NCBI GenBank assembly: GCA_041242255.1 | Contig: JBESAV010000001.1 | Location: forward strand, 640,001 to 704,000 | DNA: 64,000 bases | Direction of reading: 5' to 3' | From: Candidatus Altimarinota bacterium | GTDB lineage: Bacteria > Patescibacteriota > Gracilibacteria > UBA1369 > GCA-2718715 | Shown: positions 13,777 to 25,072 of the stretch, piece after piece | Layout of the letters: the number at the start of each line of letters is the position of its first letter | Position numbering within the stretch: the first letter of the stretch is position 1 | Translations under genes and position numbers: made by a program | The notes under the pieces: model-generated | Database searches by the model: none | The model's input: the letters and a program-made list of their open reading frames with translations, nothing else | Told to the model about the DNA's origin: nothing

Positions 13777-14672
13777 ATCTCCACCCTAAACCCAGCCGCC
13801 TTTTTATGTCCACCTCCCTCAAAGAGTTGGGCTATTTTACTTACATCAAAATAATCATTATTTGACCTCACAGAAAACTTCATATTATTCTCTGAAGTTT
13901 CAACACCAAGAAGAGCAATATTCTTCTCCTCAACTTGATTCAAATAATCTATGACTTTTTTTACTTCAGTTTCTGAGCAGTTCATCTCTTTCAATTCCTC
14001 AGAGCTTATAATACACGATAAAACACCATTTTTATTCACTTTCATTCTTTTGAAAATCACACCAAACATCCTTAGATTTCTAACACTGTTTTTCTTAAAC
14101 AGTAAATAGTTCAACCTTTGAATATCCACTCCATTCCTAACCAGCTCTCCAACCACCCTTAATGTCTCAGCTGAAGTATTGTCATGTGATAAACCACCAG
14201 TATCAAACAAGATTCCAGCCATCAAAAAGACGGAAATTCCATTTGTTAATTCAAGGTCAAACTGCTCATATAATTTAAATATAATCTCACAAGTAGAGCT
14301 TACATCAAGAACCAAGTTTAAGTCACCAAAACCAGTATGTGAAGCGTGATGATCTACGCTAATTATCGTCTTTCCCTGTAGAGAAGATTTACCTAAACCA
14401 GAAACACTAATAGAACTACAATCCACAAAAACAACTAGATCACATTCATCCGAAATTTTTTTATCACAATCAATTCCTTTCCCAAAAATCAAATCTAAAG
14501 TCTCATCAAACTCATCTACACAAACTAGTTTCACACTCTTATCATAAGCCTCTTCCAGCAAATACTGCATAGTTAGCATACTCCCAACACAGTCGGCATC
14601 TGGACTTTTGTGACCTACAACACATATATTTTTAGACTCACTTACCAGTTTGGTAAAAACACTAAGCTCCAT
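13773..14672 (-). CDS. DHH family phosphoesterase (NrnA-like)
   Basis: HKSPDAD, VDC, DHH, DTG, SVRS, GGGHKKAAG. Confidence 0.92.
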   Translation of the reverse strand: MELSVFTKLVSESKNICVVGHKSPDADCVGSMLTMQYLLEEAYDKSVKLVCVDEFDETLDLIFGKGIDCDKKISDECDLVVFVDCSSISVSGLGKSSLQGKTIISVDHHASHTGFGDLNLVLDVSSTCEIIFKLYEQFDLELTNGISVFLMAGILFDTGGLSHDNTSAETLRVVGELVRNGVDIQRLNYLLFKKNSVRNLRMFGVIFKRMKVNKNGVLSCIISSEELKEMNCSETEVKKVIDYLNQVEEKNIALLGVETSENNMKFSVRSNNDYFDVSKIAQLFEGGGHKKAAGFRVEI

Positions 14673-14673
14673 A

Positions 14674-16407
14674 TTATTTCTTAATAGCTTTTACAAAATC
14701 TTTGTAGGGTAATGCATTCAACACGTCAGTTTTCTTAACCCAACCTCTTTTAGCATACTTAACACCTAGCTTCATCAACTCTAAACCATCAACATTATGT
14801 GCATCAGTAGTTATGGCAAACTTAAGACCATATTCGTGTATTCCTTCATAAACTTGCTGGTAAGGTGTATCCAATCTTAATGGCTGACCATTTATCTCTA
14901 AGAAAGTGTTGTATTCCTTACACAGCTTAAAAATTTTTTTCCAATCCAAATCATTTCCCTTCCTTTTACCAATAAGCCTAGTAGTAGGATGCCCGATCAT
15001 GTTCACAAACGGATTCTTGATTGCTGCTTCAATTCTCTCTTGAAAGTTATTTTCTAATCCTACGTGGATAGATGCAATTACAAAATCAAACTCACCTAAA
15101 ACATCATCACTGTAATCAATACTTCCATCAGCCAAAATATCAACTTCTGTCCCAAATAGTATTGGAAAGTCTAGGCCTTTAGAAACTTTCTCAATCTCTT
15201 GTTTTTTTTCTTTCAAAGCTTTTTCATCTAATCCATTTGCCACAGCTAAGTTTGGCGAATGATCAGTGATTGCAATATATTCATACCCTAGTTCCATGGC
15301 CTTTTTTGCCATATCTTCAATGCTATTCTGACCATCGGAGTAAGTCGAATGGCAATGCAATTCACCTTTTATATCGCTTACATCAATTAACTCGGGAATC
15401 TTACCTTCCAAAGCTAAATCAATCTCTCTATTACCTTGTCTGATCTCTGGTGGAATAAACTGCATCCCTAGTACTTCATACACATCCTTCTCTTCTCTAC
15501 CACCAACTTTTATCTCTTTCTCACCCTCTAGTTTAAAGATACCGTATTCATTAATCTTATAATTTTCTTTTTTTGCTAATGTTCTTAAAACAACATTATG
15601 TGATTGGCTTCCTGTAAAGTACTGCAGCGCAGCCCCAAACTCATCCTCTGAAACAACCCTAAGATCAATTTGAACTCCCGAATGTAATCTACCTGTTATC
15701 TTGGTATCACCCGAAACTTCAACCTGCATCAAAAAGTCTTGCTCTTCGAAAAAGCTCAACACATCTTTTCTATCTTCATCTTTACAACTAACCAGTATAT
15801 CAATATCACCAATAGTTTCTTTACCTCTTCTAGCAGACCCAGCAATCTCTACTCTTAAACTTTTGGGATGAGTTAACATTATTTGCTTAATATCTTCCAA
15901 GTCACTGAATATAACTCCAAGAGGAGTCCTTTTAGAATACTCTTCATGATGCTTTAAACTTTCCAGAATCTTTTCAGAGCTTTTCTTTCCCATTCCTTTT
16001 AGTCCAGCAATACTTCCATCTTCAAGACCTTTTTTTAATTTATCAATATTGTCAATTCCTAATTCTTTATAAAATTTCTTAACTTTTTTAGGACCAAGAT
16101 TTTTAATTTCAAGCATATCCAATAATCCTTGTGGAACATTTTTTTTAAGTTCCTGTAACTCTTTTATTTCTCTTGTTTTTAGATATTCAACAATCTTGTG
16201 CTCAATAGCATCTCCAATACCTGGAATCTTTTCCTTCATATGTTCTTCTTCCAGGTCAACATATTCAGAAATATCTTTGGGCAAATTCCTAAGAATTTCA
16301 GAAACCTTGTTGTATGAGCGAACTCTAAAGAAATCATTTTTAGCATCACGAATCTCATGTATATGAGCAAAAGTATCAAAAATCTTAGCTAATTCCTCAT
16401 TTATCAT
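14674..16407 (-). CDS. polX: DNA polymerase X with PHP domain
   Basis: HhH repeats, GSARR...GDIDIL, QIDLRV, YFTGS, PHP motifs HCHSTYSDG, TDH, TDAH. Confidence 0.95.
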   Translation of the reverse strand: MINEELAKIFDTFAHIHEIRDAKNDFFRVRSYNKVSEILRNLPKDISEYVDLEEEHMKEKIPGIGDAIEHKIVEYLKTREIKELQELKKNVPQGLLDMLEIKNLGPKKVKKFYKELGIDNIDKLKKGLEDGSIAGLKGMGKKSSEKILESLKHHEEYSKRTPLGVIFSDLEDIKQIMLTHPKSLRVEIAGSARRGKETIGDIDILVSCKDEDRKDVLSFFEEQDFLMQVEVSGDTKITGRLHSGVQIDLRVVSEDEFGAALQYFTGSQSHNVVLRTLAKKENYKINEYGIFKLEGEKEIKVGGREEKDVYEVLGMQFIPPEIRQGNREIDLALEGKIPELIDVSDIKGELHCHSTYSDGQNSIEDMAKKAMELGYEYIAITDHSPNLAVANGLDEKALKEKKQEIEKVSKGLDFPILFGTEVDILADGSIDYSDDVLGEFDFVIASIHVGLENNFQERIEAAIKNPFVNMIGHPTTRLIGKRKGNDLDWKKIFKLCKEYNTFLEINGQPLRLDTPYQQVYEGIHEYGLKFAITTDAHNVDGLELMKLGVKYAKRGWVKKTDVLNALPYKDFVKAIKK

Positions 16408-16434
16408 ACTAATAGTTAAACTAAGTACAACATA

Positions 16435-18393
16435 CTAAATTCCTTGCAACTTTGTCTTCATAAAAGCAAATATAGGCTTGCGAAAATAAAAAGCTATGCT
16501 TCCTGACAAAAAGTAAATTAAAATATAGACCCAAAAAATATTAAAAGTTTCATCACTCTCAACATCCTTAATAAAACCTAAGGGGACCTTTTGTTCAGTT
16601 TCAATCTTAGCAATTTTCAAAAGCTCACCTTCAAGATACTCATATTCAACTTCATCACCAACCACAAATTCACCTTCAAGATCATCATAGATAAAGTCAG
16701 CCCCAGAAATATTAATAAGCTGATTCACTATGTCTAATTCTTTTATATACCCAATATCATTTTTAATAATAGGATTCGCCTGACTTTTACTTATGTACTT
16801 AGTCCAAGTCCACTCACCAAGGTCAGCATAAGACTGACCTTCAATTGATTTACCATATTCTAATTTCTGGATTACTTTTCCTCCTCCATCAATTATTTCT
16901 ACAGTACCACCAGAATTTGAAAAACCTGTAACCTCAACTACTAAGTAGTCAGATGACTCTACATTCATTCCATCAAGCTTTACGGTTTTATTATTGAGAC
17001 CAATACTCCAACCATTAAGCTCCAAATCACCTTCACCATAGTTATACAGCTCTATCCACTCATTCCCAGAATCTTTTCCCTCAGGATTAGGCAAAATTTC
17101 ACTTATACTAATATCTGAATATTTCATATAATTTTTTTCTGATAAATCCTCATCCTCACTTAATTCTTTTGTATCCTCTTTAATTTCTTCAGAAAGATTA
17201 CTTATTTGCATTTGATAAGTCTGTCCACTTTCTGAATTTTCATACTTTATCTCTTCAACCAGTTCACCATCCTTAAATAATCTTACCGAATCTCCAGAAT
17301 TATTTAGACCAATTCCACTCAAAGAATTATAAATTTCAACTTCTTGACCAGCCTCAAAAAACACCTCACTTAGATCAAACTCAGCACTTTGACCCTCTGA
17401 GTCATCTAACACCCAACCAGCACCATATCCATCAACATCTGAAATATTTCTTAATCTAATCCACTCGTTTCCAGTGTCTGAACCTTCTGGATTCGCAATA
17501 AAGTCAACAATTTTTAGATCCAATATAGCAACATCCTCAAAATCATCATCAACCTCCTCAACTACCTCCTCCTCAGTCACAATTTCATCAGCACTCCCTT
17601 CAGAGGAAGAAATCTCAGGTAGAACAGATACAAATAAATTAGTCGTATCTTTTTTCCCAAGGGAATTCATAACCTGCAATTCAACTACATAATTACCAAC
17701 ATTATCAAAGCTTACAGCAGCAGGATTTTCTTTGTCTGATAATTCACCATTACCAAAATCCCATTTGAATTCTAAATCCAATCCATTCGGATCCAAGCTA
17801 GAGCTCCCATCTAAATTTATAGCCACCTCTCCATACCCCACAGTTTCACCAGTTTGGATTTCAATTTTAGCCTCTGGTTCACTAATGTCATTAATATTTT
17901 TATCTCCTGGAGTATCTTCAACTATAAGTATCCAATCATTTTCAAGATAATTCAGTCTTCCAACGTGCGTTCCATCTTCTATATTTTCTGAATTAAAACA
18001 TTCACCAAGTCCAAAACTCTCAAACGCTTCAACTTCCTCAATCTCATTTTTACTCACCTCTTCAGATTTCCAACAAAAGCCATCAATTAACTCATTTCCA
18101 TAGTAAATCAAAATTTGCTCAGTAGTACTAACAAGATCTTTTTCTATCACATTATATTTATCTAAAGTCTGTCCCTCATAAACATTTTTGCCATCTATTA
18201 TCACGCTTACAAGATTAGCATCAACATCCTCAGGTCTATTAACAAAAAATTCCAAATAATCACCATCATCATAGTCAAAATTAATCTCACTTAAACCTAT
18301 ATAAGTTTTGCTAGGTAGTTCAACACTGCAGGCTAAAGTAAAGCTACTTTGAAAACACATAATCCCGATAAGTCCAATCAAAATTCTCTTCAT
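16435..18393 (-). CDS. surface protein with lamin-tail domains and a PKD domain
   Basis: Signal peptide, PKD (LDGSSSLDPNG...WDFGNG), LTD motifs (ISEILPNPEG.D...EWIELYN; LNNSGDSVRL), C-terminal TM. Confidence 0.85.
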   Translation of the reverse strand: MKRILIGLIGIMCFQSSFTLACSVELPSKTYIGLSEINFDYDDGDYLEFFVNRPEDVDANLVSVIIDGKNVYEGQTLDKYNVIEKDLVSTTEQILIYYGNELIDGFCWKSEEVSKNEIEEVEAFESFGLGECFNSENIEDGTHVGRLNYLENDWILIVEDTPGDKNINDISEPEAKIEIQTGETVGYGEVAINLDGSSSLDPNGLDLEFKWDFGNGELSDKENPAAVSFDNVGNYVVELQVMNSLGKKDTTNLFVSVLPEISSSEGSADEIVTEEEVVEEVDDDFEDVAILDLKIVDFIANPEGSDTGNEWIRLRNISDVDGYGAGWVLDDSEGQSAEFDLSEVFFEAGQEVEIYNSLSGIGLNNSGDSVRLFKDGELVEEIKYENSESGQTYQMQISNLSEEIKEDTKELSEDEDLSEKNYMKYSDISISEILPNPEGKDSGNEWIELYNYGEGDLELNGWSIGLNNKTVKLDGMNVESSDYLVVEVTGFSNSGGTVEIIDGGGKVIQKLEYGKSIEGQSYADLGEWTWTKYISKSQANPIIKNDIGYIKELDIVNQLINISGADFIYDDLEGEFVVGDEVEYEYLEGELLKIAKIETEQKVPLGFIKDVESDETFNIFWVYILIYFLSGSIAFYFRKPIFAFMKTKLQGI

Positions 18394-18459
18394 ATAATAC
18401 TAAAATTAGATACTTATCAAACATACTCAAACCACTTTACCAAAATAAAAAAACCTTAG

Positions 18460-18488
18460 TTGACCATATGTGCAAAACTATTTAAACT
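18460..18488 (+). promoter_or_regulatory. putative sigma70 promoter of the rny-like gene
   Basis: TTGACC 18460-18465, 17 bp, TAAACT 18483-18488. Confidence 0.5.
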
Positions 18489-18582
18489 AAATCTGACCTT
18501 TGTGGAGCGATTGCAACGATTTCTGAAAAAACAAAAATGATACAAACAGCTTCGTAAGGGCGTAGTACCCTAAACCAAAACT

Positions 18583-20100
18583 ATGGAAACTTTATATATG
18601 ATAATCGCGGGTATTGCTGGCTTGATTTTTGGTGGTTTCGTTACTTATAAAATGTTAACAAACAAGCACAAAAGCCTCGCAGCAAAATCTGATGAAATTA
18701 TACAAGACGCAAAGAAAAAAGCTCAGCAACAGATAGCTGAAGCCAAAAAACAACGTGATCAAATGCTCAAAGAAATAAGAAAAAAAGAGCAAGATAAAAG
18801 AAATGATTTAAGAAACAATGAAAGCCGACTCATCAAAAAAGAAAACGAGTTAGAAGAAAAGATTGAACAAATAGACCACAAAAGAGAAAAACTAGAGCAA
18901 GAGCTAAAAACTATCGAATCTCAAAAGAAAGATTTAAACTCAAAAGTTCAAGAGCAGCAAAAAGAACTAGAAAGAATCGCTTCACTAAGTAAAACGGATG
19001 CACAACAAGAATTAATAAAAAAGGTAGAACAAGAATTCAACCCCGATCTAGTTAAGTATGTTAAAGACCTAGAGGAAAAAGCCAAGAAAGAAGCCAATGA
19101 AAAAGCCAAAGCTATCATGGTTTCAGCTATGCAAAAATATGCTGCTGAAACAGCATCTGAAAGCACAGCTACAATAGTACAACTTCCATCTGATGAAATG
19201 AAAGGACGAATCATCGGGCGTGAGGGTCGAAACATCAACACCTTCGAACACATGACCGGAGTTGATGTAATTGTAGACGATACTCCAGGAACAGTTATAA
19301 TTGCCGGTTTTGATTTGATGAGAAGGTATATTGCAAAAGTATCACTAGAAAGGCTAGTAACTGATGGAAGAATCCATCCAGGTCGAATCGAAGAGGTTGT
19401 AGCCAAAGTAGAATCTGAGGTCGAACATCTTGTTAAAGATTTAGGTGAGAAAGCAGCGTACGAAGTAGGTGTTGTAGGTTTACCATCAGATATGATCAGA
19501 CTTCTTGGGAAATTGAAATTCAAAACTTCTTATGGACAGAATCTCCTCAAACAATCTGTAGAGATAGCGAACCTATCAGGAATAATGGCTTCACAAATAG
19601 GAGCTGACGCTTCTTTAGCTAAAAAGGCTGGTTTACTTCATGCTATTGGAAGATCAGTTGATCATGAAGTATCTGGAAACTTCTTCCAAATAGGAGCAGA
19701 TATTTGTAAAAAATATGGTTTATCTGAGAAACTAACAAAAATCATTGAAAACATGCAAGACATGCATGATCAGACTTCAGCAGAGGGAGCTATTGTTGAG
19801 TCTGCTTATCAGATCTCATGTAACAGACCAGGGGTAGATAAAACTAATCTAGAGTCATTTATAAAAAGAATGGAGGAGCTAGAAAACATTGCTAAATCAT
19901 TTGAAGGAGTAACAGGTGCTTACGCTGTTCACACAGGAAACGAAGTCCGAGTAATAGTTGATTCTGAGAAAATTGATGATCTAAAAACTATTAAACTATC
20001 TCATCAGATAGCTAAAAAAATAGAAGAAGACACGCAATTTAGCGGTCTTGTAAAAGTAACAGTACTAAGAGAGCGTAGAATAGAAGCTATCGCAGAATAA
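18583..20100 (+). CDS. rny: RNase Y homolog with degenerate HD domain
   Basis: TM, coiled coil, KH (KGRIIGREGRNI), DGRIHPGRIEE, TSYGQN, RPG and C-terminal domain. HD motif reads HA. Confidence 0.9.
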   Translation: METLYMIIAGIAGLIFGGFVTYKMLTNKHKSLAAKSDEIIQDAKKKAQQQIAEAKKQRDQMLKEIRKKEQDKRNDLRNNESRLIKKENELEEKIEQIDHKREKLEQELKTIESQKKDLNSKVQEQQKELERIASLSKTDAQQELIKKVEQEFNPDLVKYVKDLEEKAKKEANEKAKAIMVSAMQKYAAETASESTATIVQLPSDEMKGRIIGREGRNINTFEHMTGVDVIVDDTPGTVIIAGFDLMRRYIAKVSLERLVTDGRIHPGRIEEVVAKVESEVEHLVKDLGEKAAYEVGVVGLPSDMIRLLGKLKFKTSYGQNLLKQSVEIANLSGIMASQIGADASLAKKAGLLHAIGRSVDHEVSGNFFQIGADICKKYGLSEKLTKIIENMQDMHDQTSAEGAIVESAYQISCNRPGVDKTNLESFIKRMEELENIAKSFEGVTGAYAVHTGNEVRVIVDSEKIDDLKTIKLSHQIAKKIEEDTQFSGLVKVTVLRERRIEAIAE

Positions 20101-20123
20101 CTAAGTTAACAGAATTATATAAA

Positions 20124-20150
20124 TTAGCACTTCAGGTTGAGGAGTGCTAT
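20124..20150 (+). promoter_or_regulatory. CIRCE (HrcA operator) upstream of groES
   Basis: TTAGCACTT-N9-GAGTGCTAT; 2 mismatches to TTAGCACTC-N9-GAGTGCTAA. Confidence 0.9.
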
Positions 20151-20193
20151 TTTTCATGATAATTTTTAGTCATCACAATTTAACATATATGAT

Positions 20194-20490
20194 ATGTCGA
20201 AACTTATACCATTAAGTGACTTCATTGTTGTAAAGCCATCAGGTGGTCAAGAAAAAACAGCATCTGGTATTTATATTCCAGATTCAGCAAGTAAAGAGAA
20301 ACCACAAGAAGGTGAAATTCTTGCAGTTGGACCAGGTCGAAAAAATGAGGACGGTTCAAGACAATCAATGGATCTAGAAGTAGGGGACATAGTTATGTTC
20401 AAAAAATACGCCCCAGATGAATTCAAAAAAGACGGACAAGATTTACTTGTTTTGAGAGAAACCGATGTTATCGCAAAACTACAAAAATAA
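20194..20490 (+). CDS. groES: co-chaperonin GroES
   Basis: PLSD, KTASGIYIPDSA.KEKPQEG...AVGPG. Confidence 0.98.
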   Translation: MSKLIPLSDFIVVKPSGGQEKTASGIYIPDSASKEKPQEGEILAVGPGRKNEDGSRQSMDLEVGDIVMFKKYAPDEFKKDGQDLLVLRETDVIAKLQK

Positions 20491-20504
20491 TCTAACTCTA
20501 ATAA

Positions 20505-22139
<1,635 letters not shown>

Positions 22140-22165
22140 AAGAGTACATAAAAGCAATACTTCCT

Positions 22166-22193
22166 AAACACCTAGTAAATGCTGGGTGTTTTT
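22166..22193 (+). terminator. intrinsic terminator after groEL
   Basis: AAACACCTAG...CTGGGTGTTTTT hairpin with T-tract. Confidence 0.8.
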
Positions 22194-22247
22194 AAAATAC
22201 AATTGACTACTTTTAAAGCCTAATATAATATCTCACCACAAACACAT

Positions 22248-22322
22248 TGGGGTATGGCCAAGTGGTAAGGCAGCGGATTTTGGTTCCGCCATTCGGGGGT
22301 TCGAATCCCTCTACCCCAGCCA
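22248..22322 (+). tRNA. tRNA-Gln(TTG)
   Basis: TGGGGTATGGCCAAGTGGTAAGGCA-GCGGA-TTTTGGT-TCCGC...GTTCGAATCC..TACCCCAGCCA. TTGACT upstream at 22203; hairpin plus T-tract at about 22326-22348. Confidence 0.96.
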
Positions 22323-22405
22323 TTTACTTCCTATGTAGGGAGTTTTTGTTTTACAAGTAAATATTTTTTGGTTATTAATTAGTTAGATAAAATAACCAAA
22401 AAGCA

Positions 22406-23077
22406 GTGGTTAAAAAGTTATCTAATACCAGATCAACAGAAGTTGCAGCCAAATTATGGGATCTCAATGCCCAAGCTTCTTTTGAGAATGGTCAAATTAA
22501 AGGCTATGATCTTCTCAGGTCTCAAGAAGAATTAGCAGAATCAATTCAAGATCAACAAGTAAAACAAGAAATTAAATCTATCAGTAAAGATATATCCAGC
22601 TCAATCAATGAAGTTACCCTATCCAAGCAACCTGATGGTGTCGGAGGACTTTATAACAAATATCAAGAAATTCACCTCAATCAAAACCTAATCAACTTTT
22701 CTCAAAGAAGATCAGGTCAATCCATCAATGATTCAATCAAAGAAACCTCTGAAAGAATCCAACACGTCTATCAGCATGAGAATCAACATGCAGAACAAAA
22801 CGACCACCAAGCACTTCGTTTACCAAAAGATGGTCTTCTTTTGGGTGGGGTACTACTCTCTGCAACTGAACTAATCGAAGGATCAAACATGCATATAACA
22901 GGAACTCATTCCTCTAATGGAAAACAATTAGTATCAAATGATTACTTGGCTATATACAAAAAATTTCAAAAAGCCCTAGCCAACTCAGGTCATTCTATCA
23001 ACAAAGTTCTAAAATCATTACAAGACAGAGACATTACTCATTTAGATGATAGGTTTACAGACCAATTCGCTGCCTAA
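22406..23077 (+). CDS. hypothetical protein with HExxH zincin-like motif
   Basis: HENQH followed later by ELIEG; GTG start. Confidence 0.6.
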   Translation: MVKKLSNTRSTEVAAKLWDLNAQASFENGQIKGYDLLRSQEELAESIQDQQVKQEIKSISKDISSSINEVTLSKQPDGVGGLYNKYQEIHLNQNLINFSQRRSGQSINDSIKETSERIQHVYQHENQHAEQNDHQALRLPKDGLLLGGVLLSATELIEGSNMHITGTHSSNGKQLVSNDYLAIYKKFQKALANSGHSINKVLKSLQDRDITHLDDRFTDQFAA

Positions 23078-23879
23078 ATTTATCAACCATTTTTCTTATC
23101 TCTGTATGCTCATTAGGTGCAACAGGTATGTATTCCTCGTCTCCTATTTTTAGGTTACCATCAACACCACTTTGATCTACTAATGCCGAGTGAGTGGCAT
23201 GTCTACCATCTTCAGTCCTGGCACTTAGTTTTACCACATGTGTAGCTCTTGCCATTATATCTCCAACATTCACATTTCTCACAAATTCCTCAGCTCCAAT
23301 CAACGATGCAACAGATTTCAAAATCTTATATTGAAGCTCTTTTCGTATTCTACCTAGTTCAAAAGGTCTCGCCATAAAGTCAGTATCTATACCAGAAACA
23401 ACAACGTGAGCCCCATCCAACCTCAAGCTTTCAATAACCTCCACGATTTCACCATCATAAAACTGAACTTCATCAATAAAAACTATTGCATCTGATAAAT
23501 CATAGTTGTTTTCTTGAAAGTAATACAATATCTCTCTGGCCATTTCATTTTTAACAGCTTCAATACTTTCACCCTTATATTCTCTACTACGTATATTCTC
23601 ATCACGAGTATCAGCCGAAGGCTTAAAATAAAAAACCTTTCTTTGCTCTAAGTCTTCAGACATTGTCTCACGAAACTTAAAAAAAAAAGAACTCTTCCCA
23701 GAGCGCATAGGTCCCGTTATAAAAGTCACTGTACCACCTTCAAGAGAGAAGTGCTCTTTAAGACAGTCTATTATATGTTCTACTCTTGTAGTTTTTGACT
23801 CCTGATGAGCCAAGCGAACTTCCGCTCTAAATTCATTAAATTTAACCATCATATAATTTACATCCACAATAATATACAC
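23055..23879 (-). CDS. tdk: thymidine kinase (TK1 family)-like protein; start may be ATG 23852
   Basis: GPMRSGKS, FKPSADTR, IRSR, FIDEVQF, SGIDTDF..RPF. Zinc cysteines absent. Confidence 0.8.
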   Translation of the reverse strand: MYIIVDVNYMMVKFNEFRAEVRLAHQESKTTRVEHIIDCLKEHFSLEGGTVTFITGPMRSGKSSFFFKFRETMSEDLEQRKVFYFKPSADTRDENIRSREYKGESIEAVKNEMAREILYYFQENNYDLSDAIVFIDEVQFYDGEIVEVIESLRLDGAHVVVSGIDTDFMARPFELGRIRKELQYKILKSVASLIGAEEFVRNVNVGDIMARATHVVKLSARTEDGRHATHSALVDQSGVDGNLKIGDEEYIPVAPNEHTEIRKMVDKFRQRIGL

Positions 23880-23966
23880 CTCAAAATTTATCTAAAAACT
23901 TAAAACACAAAATCTATAGTGAAAAACTTGTCAAAATTTGGTATAATTAAATGATTAACACCAAAC

Positions 23967-25034
23967 ATGAACTACTTAAAAGAGCAGTTTACATTAATTC
24001 AAGAAAGCCAAATCTGGCAAAGCTTCGCTGCACAATACACAACAAGCCTTGTACTATTCGTCCTAACCTGGTTTTTATTAAAACTTATAAAGGTAAATAT
24101 AATTACAAAGCTTTATAATTCAGCACAAGTTAGCCGTTACAAGTACGATAACCTAGTAACAAATATCCTAAATGACATTACAACCTTTACTTATCTTGTT
24201 GTAAGTTTTTATGTTGCCTCTTTTCCAGTCCAACTATCAGAAAAATCAACTCTAATCATCCAAGGACTATTACTTTTCAGTCTTGTATTAGAGATATCTC
24301 GTGCCTCTACTAAAACAGTAGACTTCTACTTTAGGCAAAAGCACCAAAGGTACACCAAGCATCAAAAAACCAATGTAAACGCAATCAAGAAAATCATTCA
24401 AATTTTCTTATTCACATTCGGAGTTCTAGCTATAATCGACAATCTAGGTTTCGATATAACTACCTTAGTAGCTTCATTAGGTATAGGTGGTATTGCTGTC
24501 GCCCTTGCTGCTCAAAGCATATTGGGAGATCTATTTAGTTCAGTCGCCATATATCTAGACAGACCGTTTGAAGTTGGTGATTTCATTAAGATCAATGAAG
24601 AAATAAAAGGTAAAATCAAATCAATCGGTATTAAATCAACTAGACTTAAAGGACCAAAAGGTCAAGAAATCATTATCTCCAACAACAATCTAACCTCAGC
24701 CTTCGTCCAAAACACAGGCCGAATCAACAAGCGCCGGGTCAAAATAATCTTAGGCGTAGACTACAAAACCCCAGATAAAACCCTTGCTAACATTCCAGCA
24801 ATCCTTGAAAAAATAGTAGATTCAGTTGAAAACACTGAATTTAAACTAGCTTTCGTAAAAGAGTTAGGAGATTTCAGTATAAACTATAAATTTGTATATA
24901 ATGTGCTAACCGGTAAGTATGCAGACTATACAAAAGCTCACAACGAAATCATGTTACAGATCAAGAAGGAATTCGATAAGAAAAACATCGTACTAAGTTA
25001 CCCTACTCAAACAATTATCATCGAAAAAAATTAA
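23967..25034 (+). CDS. MscS family mechanosensitive channel
   Basis: LVASLGIGGIAVALAAQ..LGDLF, DRPFEVGDFI, IGIKSTRL, YPTQ. Confidence 0.93.
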   Translation: MNYLKEQFTLIQESQIWQSFAAQYTTSLVLFVLTWFLLKLIKVNIITKLYNSAQVSRYKYDNLVTNILNDITTFTYLVVSFYVASFPVQLSEKSTLIIQGLLLFSLVLEISRASTKTVDFYFRQKHQRYTKHQKTNVNAIKKIIQIFLFTFGVLAIIDNLGFDITTLVASLGIGGIAVALAAQSILGDLFSSVAIYLDRPFEVGDFIKINEEIKGKIKSIGIKSTRLKGPKGQEIIISNNNLTSAFVQNTGRINKRRVKIILGVDYKTPDKTLANIPAILEKIVDSVENTEFKLAFVKELGDFSINYKFVYNVLTGKYADYTKAHNEIMLQIKKEFDKKNIVLSYPTQTIIIEKN

Positions 25035-25072
25035 TTCATATGCTAGTCTGTAGCCACTTTTAAACTAACTAA

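Noticed and set aside
13339-16407. PolX + DHH + NUDIX as a dedicated repair or defence system
   Set aside because: All are common stand-alone enzymes with canonical motifs, NUDIX is on the opposite strand, and there is no evidence beyond adjacency.
18948-19523. 191-aa antisense ORF in rny, and similar antisense ORFs in groES, clpC, infB, tig, M23-SLH, VirD4-like and dnaE
   Set aside because: Ser/Phe/Ile-rich mirror frames expected from sense-strand codon bias; no independent motifs or starts.
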